Below, in pieces: positions 39,990 through 49,324 of a DNA stretch of 64,000 bases. The notes below the pieces were generated by a model that had not been told where the DNA came from, did not search any database, and saw only the letters and a program-made list of their open reading frames with translations. The stretch is from Candidatus Methanomethylophilaceae archaeon. Lineage in GTDB: Archaea; Thermoplasmatota; Thermoplasmata; Methanomassiliicoccales; Methanomethylophilaceae. Each line of letters begins with the position of its first letter. The first letter of the stretch is position 1. Location: contig CALUHR010000002.1 in assembly GCA_944320495.1 (NCBI GenBank), positions 36,609 to 100,608 on the forward strand. Reading direction: 5' to 3'. A program made the translations under genes and the position numbers.

Positions 39990-41423
39990 TCACATGTACT
40001 CGGGGCAGGGGTACCTCAGATGTCCGAGGATGCTCCCCTCCCACTGCTCGAGCTTGCCGGGGTTGAGGATGTTCTCCGGGTCCATGGCCTTCTTGATGGC
40101 CCTGATTGAGGACAGCTCGGAGGCCCTCTCCTTCTGGAAGTTCGGAGCCTTTGAGATGCCCACGCCGTGCTCGCCGGTGACGGTGCCGCCGAGCTCGATG
40201 CAAACATCGAAGATCTCGTCGACGGCCTTGACGCCGCGGTCCCACTCGTCCTTGTCGGTGGGGTCGATGACCATCTTGGTGTGCAGGTTGCCGTCGGACG
40301 CATGGCCGTAGGTGGCGATGGTGACGTTGTACCTCTCGGCAATCTCCTGGAATGCCTTGACGGCCTTCGGGACCTGGGAGACGGACACGCCCATGTCGTC
40401 GGCGAGGGAGACGGAGGAGCATCCGGGCTTCAGCGCGGAGAGCGAGGTCATGACGGACTTGCGCGCATCGGTCCACTTGGCGATGAGGTCCTTGTCCTTG
40501 GTGGGGATGACCTCGATGGCGCCGAGGCCCTTGGCGATCTCCGCCACGATGGCGATGTCCCTGTCGACGACCTCGTCGGTCTCGCCGTCGCACTCGACGA
40601 TGCACAGGGCGCCGCAGTCCGGCAGGGGGTTGCCCCTGGCCTTGTTCACGGCGTTGATGCTGACGCTGTCCATGAGCTCGCAGGAGGCAGGGATCAGAGG
40701 TTTGGCGATGATCGCGGAGATGCACTCGCCGGCCTTCTCTACGTCGGCGAAGCAACAGAGGCAGGAAGCGGACTTCTTGGGCTTGGTGGTCAGCTTGAGG
40801 GTGACCTCGGTGATGACGCCCAGGGTTCCCTCGGACCCGCACATCAGGCGGGCGAGCTGGTAGCCGGAGGAGTCCTTGATGGTCCTGGTCCCGCAGCGGA
40901 CGATCTCCCCGTCGGCCTTGACGAAGGTCAGGCCCATGACGAAGTCCCTAGTGGCGCCGTACTTGACGGCGCGCATGCCGGACGCATTGTTGGCGACCAT
41001 ACCGCCGATCTGGCACGCCTCGGCGGAACCAGGGGACGGGGGGAAGAAGAACCCGTACTTGGCCAGCTCCTCGTTGAGGTCGTTGTACACGACGCCGGCC
41101 TCCACGTCGACCCACAGGTCGGCAACGCTGACCTTCTTGACGTGGTTCATCCTCTGCATGGCCATGACGATGCCGCCCTTGATGGGGACGGCGGACCCGC
41201 AGAGACCGGTGCCCGCTCCGCGGGGGGTCACCGGGATCTTGTTCGCGTAGGCGATCTTCATGATCTCCGAGACCTGCTCGGTGGTGCGTGGCTGGACCAC
41301 TATGTCTGGGGTCCTGTGGAAGATTGAAGCGTCGAATCCGTACGTGTACAGGACTGCGGGCTCGACGGAGTATCCGTCCTTGCCCACTACGGCCTCTATC
41401 TGGTCGATGATCTTCTGGTCCAT
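39990..41423 (-). CDS. FAD-linked oxidase (GlcD / D-lactate dehydrogenase family)
   Basis: PRGAGTGLCG, GSEGTLG, HASDGNLH, GEHGVG, NILNPGK. Confidence 0.9.
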   Translation of the reverse strand: MDQKIIDQIEAVVGKDGYSVEPAVLYTYGFDASIFHRTPDIVVQPRTTEQVSEIMKIAYANKIPVTPRGAGTGLCGSAVPIKGGIVMAMQRMNHVKKVSVADLWVDVEAGVVYNDLNEELAKYGFFFPPSPGSAEACQIGGMVANNASGMRAVKYGATRDFVMGLTFVKADGEIVRCGTRTIKDSSGYQLARLMCGSEGTLGVITEVTLKLTTKPKKSASCLCCFADVEKAGECISAIIAKPLIPASCELMDSVSINAVNKARGNPLPDCGALCIVECDGETDEVVDRDIAIVAEIAKGLGAIEVIPTKDKDLIAKWTDARKSVMTSLSALKPGCSSVSLADDMGVSVSQVPKAVKAFQEIAERYNVTIATYGHASDGNLHTKMVIDPTDKDEWDRGVKAVDEIFDVCIELGGTVTGEHGVGISKAPNFQKERASELSSIRAIKKAMDPENILNPGKLEQWEGSILGHLRYPCPEYM

Positions 41424-41552
41424 GATCGTACCTCTAATGCTGCGGCGATGCCCGCGCGCGATATAATAGGTTGTGCGGTGCGTCGACCGATTCAACGACG
41501 CTTCACGTACGGGATGGTTTGGAGGGAGCGGGCTGAGCGCCCGCCCCCTTTG

Positions 41553-43616
41553 TCAGAACTGCTTCGGCCTGCCGGAGGCGGTGACCCTGAGGATCGCCTC
41601 ATCCATGTCATACATCGAGATGGACTCGGCGTACCTGTGACGATCGACGTCGACCGTGACCTCCGCATCGTCCACGTAGCTCCTCCTGGCCTCGTTCAGC
41701 ACGTACTCCCTGGCCTTCGCCTCCTGGTCGGCGATGGCCTCCTCGATCGATGTGTACGTGAACATCCCCATCTTGGAGAAGGCCTGGTACTGTCCGAATC
41801 CCCTGACCTCGAACTTGCTCCCGTGACCGGGGAGCGGGGCCATCCTGTTGCCATTCTTGTCGAAGCTCGTGCTCTCGCCGGATGCCCCGAACTGCGGGCG
41901 TATCAGCACCTCCAGGGTCTCGGAGACCATAGATGTGATCGCTCCGATGGCGTTGCCCACGTCGGAATCGCAGTCTATGACCACGTCCGTCCCGAAGATG
42001 TCGGCCATCCACCTGATGTAGACGCCGGACGGGGCGCCTATGCCGATGATCGGCCTGTCTATCTTGAATGAACATCCCAGGACCCTGTCCGACCTCCCCC
42101 TGATGGCGGACATGACGAGCTCCCTGCCCGTCTCCCCGAACTCCACGTCACCAAGTCCCTCGGACATGAGGGCGTCCACCAGTTCGAGTGCCAGCTTCTC
42201 CCTTATACACCTCTTGGCGTCCTCCACGAACTCCTTGGGGGTCATCCCGCAGATGGAGGCCATGTACTCCACCGCGGACAGGGAGACATCCGCGTCGAAC
42301 CTCTCGTAAGAGCCGTCAGCATGGAGGATGTCGGTGGGCGTCAGCCCGATCCTCTGCAGATACCCCATGTCCTCCAGCATAGGGATGTCGAACGCAGTCT
42401 CCTTGCGACCTGTCTCCATGCATATAGCTGTCATGGTCTTCGGAAACTCGGATACGGAGCGGAGGAGCTCCATGTTGACCTCCCCGACGAACGATGGGTC
42501 CCGGGGCATCTTGATGGTGCGGAGAAACTCAATCCTGAACACCGTCGACTGTCCCTGGGCCTTGACCCTGCTCTTCCCGACGCGGAATCCCTTGATCAGA
42601 TCGAAGTACCTCTTGACGTTGGGCCACTTGACGGCCGCGACACACACGGGCAGGACGCGTAGCGAGGTCAGCTGGATCGCGCCCTCGCTCACTATGATGC
42701 GACTGTCGCCGCCGATCCCAGATGTGGCAATTTGGGCGGCCATGACCCTGGTGCGCTTACCACCGATGACAGCACCCTCTGGCTCCAGATGAGGACGTCC
42801 ATTCCTGAGGATGCCTATGTCCGTGGTGGTGCCGCCCATGTCCATGACGACCGCGTCCTTGAGACCCGTGAGATGCACCGCGCCCATGAGGCTGGCCGCA
42901 GGACCGGAGAGGATCGTCTCCACCGGGCGCTCGCGAGCCACGTCCTTGCCCATCAGAGTGCCGTCCCCGCGGAAGATCATGAGCGGGGCGCGGATGCCCC
43001 TGGCCCCCATGACAGCCTCCATCGAGGCTATCAGCTCATCGATTACGGGTATCAGACGGCTGTTCATCACGCATGTCGTGGTGCGCTCCACGAATCCCAG
43101 GCTGGATGTGAGCTCGTAGCCGCAGACCACGGGGACACCGAGGCGCTCCCTGGCCAGCTCCCTCACGCGTATCTCGTGCTCGGGGTTGCGGACCGAGAGC
43201 AGGCCCGACACGGCGAGACCCTCGATCTTGCCCTTGACGCTGTCCATGAACCTGATGGCGGCCTCCTCGTCTAGGGGGACGTCCTCGTCACCGGCCAGGT
43301 TGTGGCTACCGGCAATCTTCACCGAGTAGTCAGCCCCGGCCTTCATGTCGTAGTCGCCACCGATGCAGATGAGCCCGACCCTGCACCCCTTGCCCTCGAC
43401 GACGGAGTTCGTCGCCAGCGTGGAGGACAGCGCCACCATCTCCACCGCATCCACATGGGCCGGGTTCAGGGCATCGATTGCCCCCCTGATGCCTATGCTC
43501 AGGTCGTCGCGAGTGGTCATGCTCTTGGCCTTGTCCAGGACCTCGCCTGTGTTCATGTCCATAATCACCGCGTCAGTGTACGTTCCGCCCGTGTCTATTC
43601 CCAAACCCAATCTCAT
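41553..43616 (-). CDS. Hydantoinase/oxoprolinase-family protein
   Basis: GIDTGGTYTD, LSGPAAS, DMGGTTTD, GIGGDS. Confidence 0.9.
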   Translation of the reverse strand: MRLGLGIDTGGTYTDAVIMDMNTGEVLDKAKSMTTRDDLSIGIRGAIDALNPAHVDAVEMVALSSTLATNSVVEGKGCRVGLICIGGDYDMKAGADYSVKIAGSHNLAGDEDVPLDEEAAIRFMDSVKGKIEGLAVSGLLSVRNPEHEIRVRELARERLGVPVVCGYELTSSLGFVERTTTCVMNSRLIPVIDELIASMEAVMGARGIRAPLMIFRGDGTLMGKDVARERPVETILSGPAASLMGAVHLTGLKDAVVMDMGGTTTDIGILRNGRPHLEPEGAVIGGKRTRVMAAQIATSGIGGDSRIIVSEGAIQLTSLRVLPVCVAAVKWPNVKRYFDLIKGFRVGKSRVKAQGQSTVFRIEFLRTIKMPRDPSFVGEVNMELLRSVSEFPKTMTAICMETGRKETAFDIPMLEDMGYLQRIGLTPTDILHADGSYERFDADVSLSAVEYMASICGMTPKEFVEDAKRCIREKLALELVDALMSEGLGDVEFGETGRELVMSAIRGRSDRVLGCSFKIDRPIIGIGAPSGVYIRWMADIFGTDVVIDCDSDVGNAIGAITSMVSETLEVLIRPQFGASGESTSFDKNGNRMAPLPGHGSKFEVRGFGQYQAFSKMGMFTYTSIEEAIADQEAKAREYVLNEARRSYVDDAEVTVDVDRHRYAESISMYDMDEAILRVTASGRPKQF

Positions 43617-43729
43617 TAGACCGCTCCCGGTATGTCTGGCCGCGTATCCCGTTGAACAATAATTATAAGGTGTGCCTACAGCCAGTCGCCCGACGCCACC
43701 TTTAATAAGTGGACGCTCTGCCCTGGCTC

Positions 43730-44356
43730 ATGAAATCCGTCATTGTTCTGCTCGGACCCCCGGGATCCGGGAAGGGTACCCAGGGAGAGATGCTCAGCGA
43801 GAAGCTCGGATACGTCAGGCTGTCCACCGGCGACATGCTCCGCGAGGCCGTCAGGAACGGCACCGAGCTCGGGAAGAAGGCCAAGACCTACATGGACTCG
43901 GGCGCCCTCGTCCCCAACGACCTGATCATCGGCCTCATGAAGGAGAAGATCGCCCAGGCTGAGGGGGGCGTCATCCTCGACGGATTCCCCAGAACCGTCG
44001 AGCAGGCCGACGCTCTCGACCAGCAGCTGCAGGTCGACCTGGCACTGAACCTGGACGTCCCCGACGAGGAGCTCATCAACAGACTCACCAAGAGGCGCTC
44101 CTGCCCCGACTGCAACGCCGTCTACCACCTGATCTACAACCCTCCGAAGACCGAGAGCGTCTGCGACAAGTGCGGCGCCAAGCTCTACCAGAGGGACGAC
44201 GACAAGGAGGAGACCGTCGCCAACAGGCTCAAGGTCTACCGCGAGAACACCATGCCCCTCATCGGATACTACGAGAAGAAGGGCGTCCTCGTGACCATCA
44301 AGGGCGTCGGAAGCATCGACGACATCTACGCCCAGGTCGAGAAGGCCGTCCAGTGA
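43730..44356 (+). CDS. adk: Adenylate kinase (bacterial type, Zn LID)
   Basis: GPPGSGKGTQ, LSTGDMLR, LDGFPRT, CPDC...CDKC, QRDDD. Confidence 0.97.
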   Translation: MKSVIVLLGPPGSGKGTQGEMLSEKLGYVRLSTGDMLREAVRNGTELGKKAKTYMDSGALVPNDLIIGLMKEKIAQAEGGVILDGFPRTVEQADALDQQLQVDLALNLDVPDEELINRLTKRRSCPDCNAVYHLIYNPPKTESVCDKCGAKLYQRDDDKEETVANRLKVYRENTMPLIGYYEKKGVLVTIKGVGSIDDIYAQVEKAVQ

Positions 44357-44541
44357 TTCCACCCGGGGCGGGTCCGTCCCGCCCCGCAAACACCTTCTTC
44401 TTTCTGTCCGTTCCGCTTCGAGATCGCCCCACGGACCTCGGGAACGGGATTGCCGACATGTTTCTACGCCCTCCGTAGATGACCGGCATCCCGGAGCACA
44501 AAGGATACCTTTAAGAAGGATAAGTAAATCGGGGATTCAAC

Positions 44542-44617
44542 AGCCTCGTAGTGTAGCGGTCAATCATGCGGGACTCTGGATCCTGCGACCTCAGTTCGAA
44601 TCTGAGCGAGGCTACCA
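44542..44617 (+). tRNA. tRNA-Gln(CTG), CCA encoded
   Basis: CGGGA-CTCTGGA-TCCTG anticodon arm; GTTCGAATC. Confidence 0.95.
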
Positions 44618-44748
44618 TTTCCTTCTCCAACACATACTCCGACAGCATCCGCTCCGCCTGCCCTGGGACGGTTCCCCACGTCGGGCCAGCATCCTCGGAG
44701 ACACCCATAATATACTGTCTGCCCCATCGTCCGTCTAAGAGGTTTATC

Positions 44749-45906
44749 ATGATAGACAGAGACGTTGTTCTCGGCAACCTTGAGAAATACGATCTCAAGG
44801 ACGCCAAGATCGGGGTCCTCGCCTCCCACTCCGCCCTCGACACCTGCGAGGGTGCCGTGACGGAGGGATTCAGGACCGTGGCCGTCTGCCAGAAGGGCAG
44901 GGACGCCTCCTTCTCCAGGTACTTCAGGGCCCAGAGGGACGCCTCCGGGAACCTGGTCCGCGGAGTGGTCGACGACGCCCTGATGCTGGACAAGTTCGAC
45001 CAGATTCTGCAGCCGGAGATCCAGAACGACATCATGGCCAGGAACGCACTCTTCGTCCCCAACCGCTCGTTCACGTCCTACTGCAGCATCGACGCCGTGG
45101 AGGACGACTTCGCCGTCCCGATGGTTGGCAGCAGGAACCTGCTCCGCTCCGAGGAGCGCGGCGGGGACCGCGACTACTACTGGCTCCTCGAGCAGGCCGG
45201 CATGCCCTACCCCAAGAAGGTCGACAAGCCGGAGGACATCGACGGGCTCACGATCATCAAGGTCCACCACAAGGTCAAGAAGCTCGAGAGGGGATTCTTC
45301 ACCGCCAAGGACTACGACCAGTTCGTCCAGAAGTCCCAGGAGCTCATCGCCCAGAACGTCCTCGAACCGGACTTCCTGCAGCACGCCAGGATGGAGAAGT
45401 ACATCATCGGACCCGTGTTCAACCTGGACTTCTTCTACAACCCGCTCGAGGAGAAGGGCGAGAGGGTGGAGCTCCTCGGAATCGACTGGAGGTTCGAGAG
45501 CTCCCTCGACGGCTACGTCAGGCTCCCTGCCAAGCAGCAGGTCGAGCTGGAGGAGGACGGCATCATCCCGGAGTACACCGTCTGCGGACACAACTCCGCC
45601 ACCATGAGGGAGTCCCTCCTGGACAAGGCGTTCGAGCTCGCGGAGAAGTACGTCGCTGCCACCAAGAAGTTCTACGACCCCGGCATCATCGGACCGTTCT
45701 GCCTGCAGACCTGCGTTGACAAGGACCTGCACTTCCACATCTATGATGTCGCGCCCCGCATCGGCGGAGGCACCAACGTGCACATGTCCGTCGGACACCC
45801 GTACGGCAACACCCTCTGGAGGACCAACATGTCCTCCGGCAGGAGGCTCGCCAAGATGGTCCGCGAGGCCATAGAGCAGGAGCGCACGGACGAGATCGTC
45901 ACATGA
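44749..45906 (+). CDS. purP: FAICAR synthetase PurP (ATP-grasp)
   Basis: ASHSALD, FVPNRSF, TVCGHNSAT, RIGGGTN. Confidence 0.9.
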   Translation: MIDRDVVLGNLEKYDLKDAKIGVLASHSALDTCEGAVTEGFRTVAVCQKGRDASFSRYFRAQRDASGNLVRGVVDDALMLDKFDQILQPEIQNDIMARNALFVPNRSFTSYCSIDAVEDDFAVPMVGSRNLLRSEERGGDRDYYWLLEQAGMPYPKKVDKPEDIDGLTIIKVHHKVKKLERGFFTAKDYDQFVQKSQELIAQNVLEPDFLQHARMEKYIIGPVFNLDFFYNPLEEKGERVELLGIDWRFESSLDGYVRLPAKQQVELEEDGIIPEYTVCGHNSATMRESLLDKAFELAEKYVAATKKFYDPGIIGPFCLQTCVDKDLHFHIYDVAPRIGGGTNVHMSVGHPYGNTLWRTNMSSGRRLAKMVREAIEQERTDEIVT

Positions 45907-46706
45907 GTGGTAGCATGAAATCGTCAAGGATTGCGGTCCTGGCCGTCGTCCTCCTCGCCCTGACCATCGTGCCCTTCGTCTCGGACGACACGGACGCCAT
46001 GGCGGTCATCAACAACGGCGATGGACAGGTCAGCTGGGACTTCGACAACATGGACGGGGGCTACATCAGGTTCTCCGTGAACAACCTGGACGGATCGTTC
46101 ACCATGGACGTGACCGTGTACGAGGGCGACAACCCCGTGGCCACCCTCACGGGCGTCCGCGTGGCGGCCAACTCCGTCACCGAGGTCACCGTCGACATGC
46201 CCGACTTCAAATCCGTCGGCAGCCACCTGCTCCGCGTCGAATGCACCCCCGTGGGACAGTTCGAGGGGTCTAGCGAGTTCAACCTCCAGGTCGAGGTCTC
46301 CAAGAACCTCCTCTCCAACTGGGTGACCTATGCGGTCATCGCCGTCGTGGTCATCGTCATCGCGATTTTCGCCTACCTGAAGATCCGCGACACGCCCAAG
46401 AACAAGCCCGAGATGACCTTCGAGGAGCTCGAGGCCCAGAGGAAGGCCGACATGGCCGAGAAGGCTGAGAAGAAGCAGAAGAAGGAGAAGCCTGCCGCCA
46501 AGACCACCGAGAGGAGGAAGTACACCGGCGGCGAGAGGAAGGCCGAATCCTCCGAGCCCGCGAAGGCGAAGGAGGAGAAGCCCAAGATGACCTTCGAGGA
46601 GCTCGAGGCACAGAAGAAGGCCCAGAAGGCCGAGAAGAAGTCCACCGGCCTCACCGAGAGGGAAAGATACCTCGCGGAGAAGAGGAAGAAGAACAAGGAA
46701 GAGTGA
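45903..46706 (+). CDS. Membrane-anchored protein: signal peptide, beta-rich domain, TM, Lys/Glu-rich repeated tail
   Basis: Hydrophobic N-terminus ending SDDTDA; WVTYAVIAVVVIVIAIFAYL TM; duplicated MTFEELEAQ. Confidence 0.75.
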   Translation: MSGSMKSSRIAVLAVVLLALTIVPFVSDDTDAMAVINNGDGQVSWDFDNMDGGYIRFSVNNLDGSFTMDVTVYEGDNPVATLTGVRVAANSVTEVTVDMPDFKSVGSHLLRVECTPVGQFEGSSEFNLQVEVSKNLLSNWVTYAVIAVVVIVIAIFAYLKIRDTPKNKPEMTFEELEAQRKADMAEKAEKKQKKEKPAAKTTERRKYTGGERKAESSEPAKAKEEKPKMTFEELEAQKKAQKAEKKSTGLTERERYLAEKRKKNKEE

Positions 46707-47044
46707 TCGAAACCCCTTACCGGCCCCTCCGTCTTCTGGAGGGGCCGAGACTCACATCAGCGCGGCCATCATCGATGTCACAGTCAGCACGATGACCGCG
46801 AGTATCGGCGCATTCGTCATCAGGGCGTTCTCGAGAGCGTACGACCCGGACCTCTCCGCGACACTGCTGGCGGAACGGGACCCCTCGTCACGGTATGACG
46901 AGTGCGCATCCTGGATTCGTGCATGGTTCATCGTCACTGCCGATGACCCCCTTGATCCCGTCTCACCATGCTAGATGTGACGGAAGTCCAGGCCATGGCG
47001 CATCCGTAGGATCGATGCGAGAAGAGGGTTTGGAGAGTCGCCCC

Positions 47045-47542
47045 TCGAAGTCTCAGCTTGGGGTCCCTGAGGTCCAGGAGCGCGACCTCGCGCCTGTCCA
47101 TGAAGAAGCCCAGGTCCTTGAACATCAGGATGGACGCCTTGTTGTCCGGCTGGATCATCGCGTGCGCCACCGCGGCGCCCTGCTCCCTTCCGAGACGGAC
47201 GCACTCCCGCAGGAGCCTGATGCCGATCATGTTCCTGCGGAAGTACGGATGCACGCCCATGTTCTCGATCCAGAGGAGATTGTCCTCGTCGCAGATGTGA
47301 TGGAGCATCTGGGCGAAGATGAAGCCGACGATCTCGTCGTCCTCCACCGCGACGAGGCTGAGCCCGCTCTCCAGGTACGCCTTGAAGTGGTTCCTGCTGC
47401 TGGCGCCGAGGTTGTCCTTCCAGTCCTGCGGGAGGTCCTCCCACCGGTTCTCAAGGGTCTCGGCGAAGTACTCGCGTATGCACGAGAGCTCCAGCTCGCG
47501 GACCTTCTCGATGTCGCGGACCTTCAGCGGGCGGATCTCCAT
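47045..47542 (-). CDS. GNAT acetyltransferase (end placed at CGA 47045-47047, 165 aa)
   Basis: MGVHPYFRRNMIG acetyl-CoA motif, DNKASILMFKDLGF. Confidence 0.85.
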
Positions 47543-47544
47543 GC

Positions 47545-49314
47545 TCACATCTCCTCGGGCGCGCCCATGCCCAGGCAGTCCAGCACATCGGCCATGACGT
47601 CCCTGGCGCACTCCACCAGGGTGAGCCTGGCGTCCCTGCGCGGACCGGAGTCCAGGACGGACACGGAGGCGTAGAACTGGTTGAACGCCACGGCCACGTC
47701 GTGACCGTATGCGGGGAGCATGTGGATCTTCTTGCCGTCGCCGGCCGCCTTGAGCACCTCGGAGTACCTGGCGAGAGTCTTCACGAGGTTGACCTCGAAC
47801 CTGTCGTCCAGCTTGGACGGGTCAGTGTCGCGGGTGAAGTCGCCGGCCTTCCTCAGCATGCTGCAGGCCCTGGCATGGACGTACTGCAGGTACGGTCCGG
47901 AGTTCCCGTCGAAGTTCAGGGCCTCGCTCCACTTGAAGACGAACTGCTTCTCCGGCTGGACCCTGACGATGTTGTACCTGATGGCGCCGATGCCCACGAT
48001 GCGGGCGATCTCCCTCATGCGCTCCTCGCTCATGTCGGATCCGCGGACCTCGGTCCTGGACCTGATCTCCTGATAGGCGTGCTCCACTGCCTCGTCGATG
48101 AGGTCGTCGAGATAGACGACGACACCCTTCCTGGTGGACATCTTCCCCTCGGGGAGGGAGACGAACGAGTAGAACAGCGGCTCGGGAACACCCTCCTCGC
48201 CGAGGATCCTCAGCGCGGCACAGAGCTGCTGGGAGCCGAGCTTCTGGTCCTCTCCGAGGACGTCGATGACGCGGTCGGAGCGGGTGAACTTGTCTATGTG
48301 GTAGGCGAGGTCGCGTGTGGTGTACAGGGTGGTCCCGTCGGAACGGGTGAAGGTGAACTTGGTGTTCTTCCCCTGGATGCCGAAGTCCTTCAGATCGACG
48401 TAGCACGCGCCGTCCTCGGTCTCTCCGGCGTACTCGGAGGCCTTGAGCCTGGAGACCACGTCCCTGGCGGAGCCGTCCTCTATGTAGCGGGACTCCCAGG
48501 TGTACCTGTCCAGGGTGACGTTGATGGTGGCGAGGGTCTCGCGGAGACCGTCGAGCATGGCCTCGGCGACCTTCCTGACGTTGCCGATGACTTCGGAGTC
48601 CCCGGCCTCGAACCTCCTCATCATATCGGCGATCTGGGCCTGGACCTCGGGGTCGGACTCCATGCGCCTGTTGGCGACACGGTACTTGGCGACGAGCCTG
48701 TGGTCGGTCTTGTCGCGCTCCTTCTCGTGCCCGGACGCCTTGGCGTGCTCCTCCCTCTCGGCCTCGGCCTCCTCGTCGGAGACGTTCATGACGCCCCATG
48801 TCAGGATGACGACCTGCTTGCCGACGTCGTTGACGTAGTACTCGGTGGTGACCTCGTGGCCGCACCTCCTCAGGCACCTGGCCAGGGTGTCCCCGATGAC
48901 GGGGTTCCTGGCACGGCCCACGTGGATGGGGCCGGTGGGGTTGGTGGAGGTGTGCTCCACGTTCACCCTGAGCCCGGAGGCGGGGGCGGAGCCGTAGCAC
49001 GGCCCGCACCTGAGGATCTCGTCGAGAACGCCCTTGACCATGGGCGCGGTGTCGACGGCGAAGTTCAGATAGCCGTTGACGGCACCGACCGATGCGATGA
49101 GACCGGACGGCTGTATCCTGGATGCCAGGTCCTCCGCGATGGCGGCCGGGGCCTTCCTGAGGGCCTTGGACATCGTGAAGCATGGTACGGCGAGGTCCGC
49201 CCCCTCGACGGAGGGCAGCTCCACCGTGAAGTCGAGACCGCCCGCGCCGGCGGCCTCAAGGGCGCCGGACACGGCGGAACGGACCTGATCCTCGAAATCA
49301 GACATGAATGACAT
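47545..49314 (-). CDS. argS: Arginyl-tRNA synthetase
   Basis: EHTSTNPTGPIHVGRARN, KMSTRKG, GPYLQYVHARACS. Confidence 0.97.
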   Translation of the reverse strand: MSFMSDFEDQVRSAVSGALEAAGAGGLDFTVELPSVEGADLAVPCFTMSKALRKAPAAIAEDLASRIQPSGLIASVGAVNGYLNFAVDTAPMVKGVLDEILRCGPCYGSAPASGLRVNVEHTSTNPTGPIHVGRARNPVIGDTLARCLRRCGHEVTTEYYVNDVGKQVVILTWGVMNVSDEEAEAEREEHAKASGHEKERDKTDHRLVAKYRVANRRMESDPEVQAQIADMMRRFEAGDSEVIGNVRKVAEAMLDGLRETLATINVTLDRYTWESRYIEDGSARDVVSRLKASEYAGETEDGACYVDLKDFGIQGKNTKFTFTRSDGTTLYTTRDLAYHIDKFTRSDRVIDVLGEDQKLGSQQLCAALRILGEEGVPEPLFYSFVSLPEGKMSTRKGVVVYLDDLIDEAVEHAYQEIRSRTEVRGSDMSEERMREIARIVGIGAIRYNIVRVQPEKQFVFKWSEALNFDGNSGPYLQYVHARACSMLRKAGDFTRDTDPSKLDDRFEVNLVKTLARYSEVLKAAGDGKKIHMLPAYGHDVAVAFNQFYASVSVLDSGPRRDARLTLVECARDVMADVLDCLGMGAPEEM

Positions 49315-49324
49315 TGTGAACACC

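Noticed and set aside
46752-46937. 61-aa ORF with a C-terminal hydrophobic stretch and an internal CGA at codon 7 (46917-19)
   Set aside because: Not called: short, no recognisable family, atypical codons. Recorded because if it is real and translated it would be a counter-example to CGA termination.
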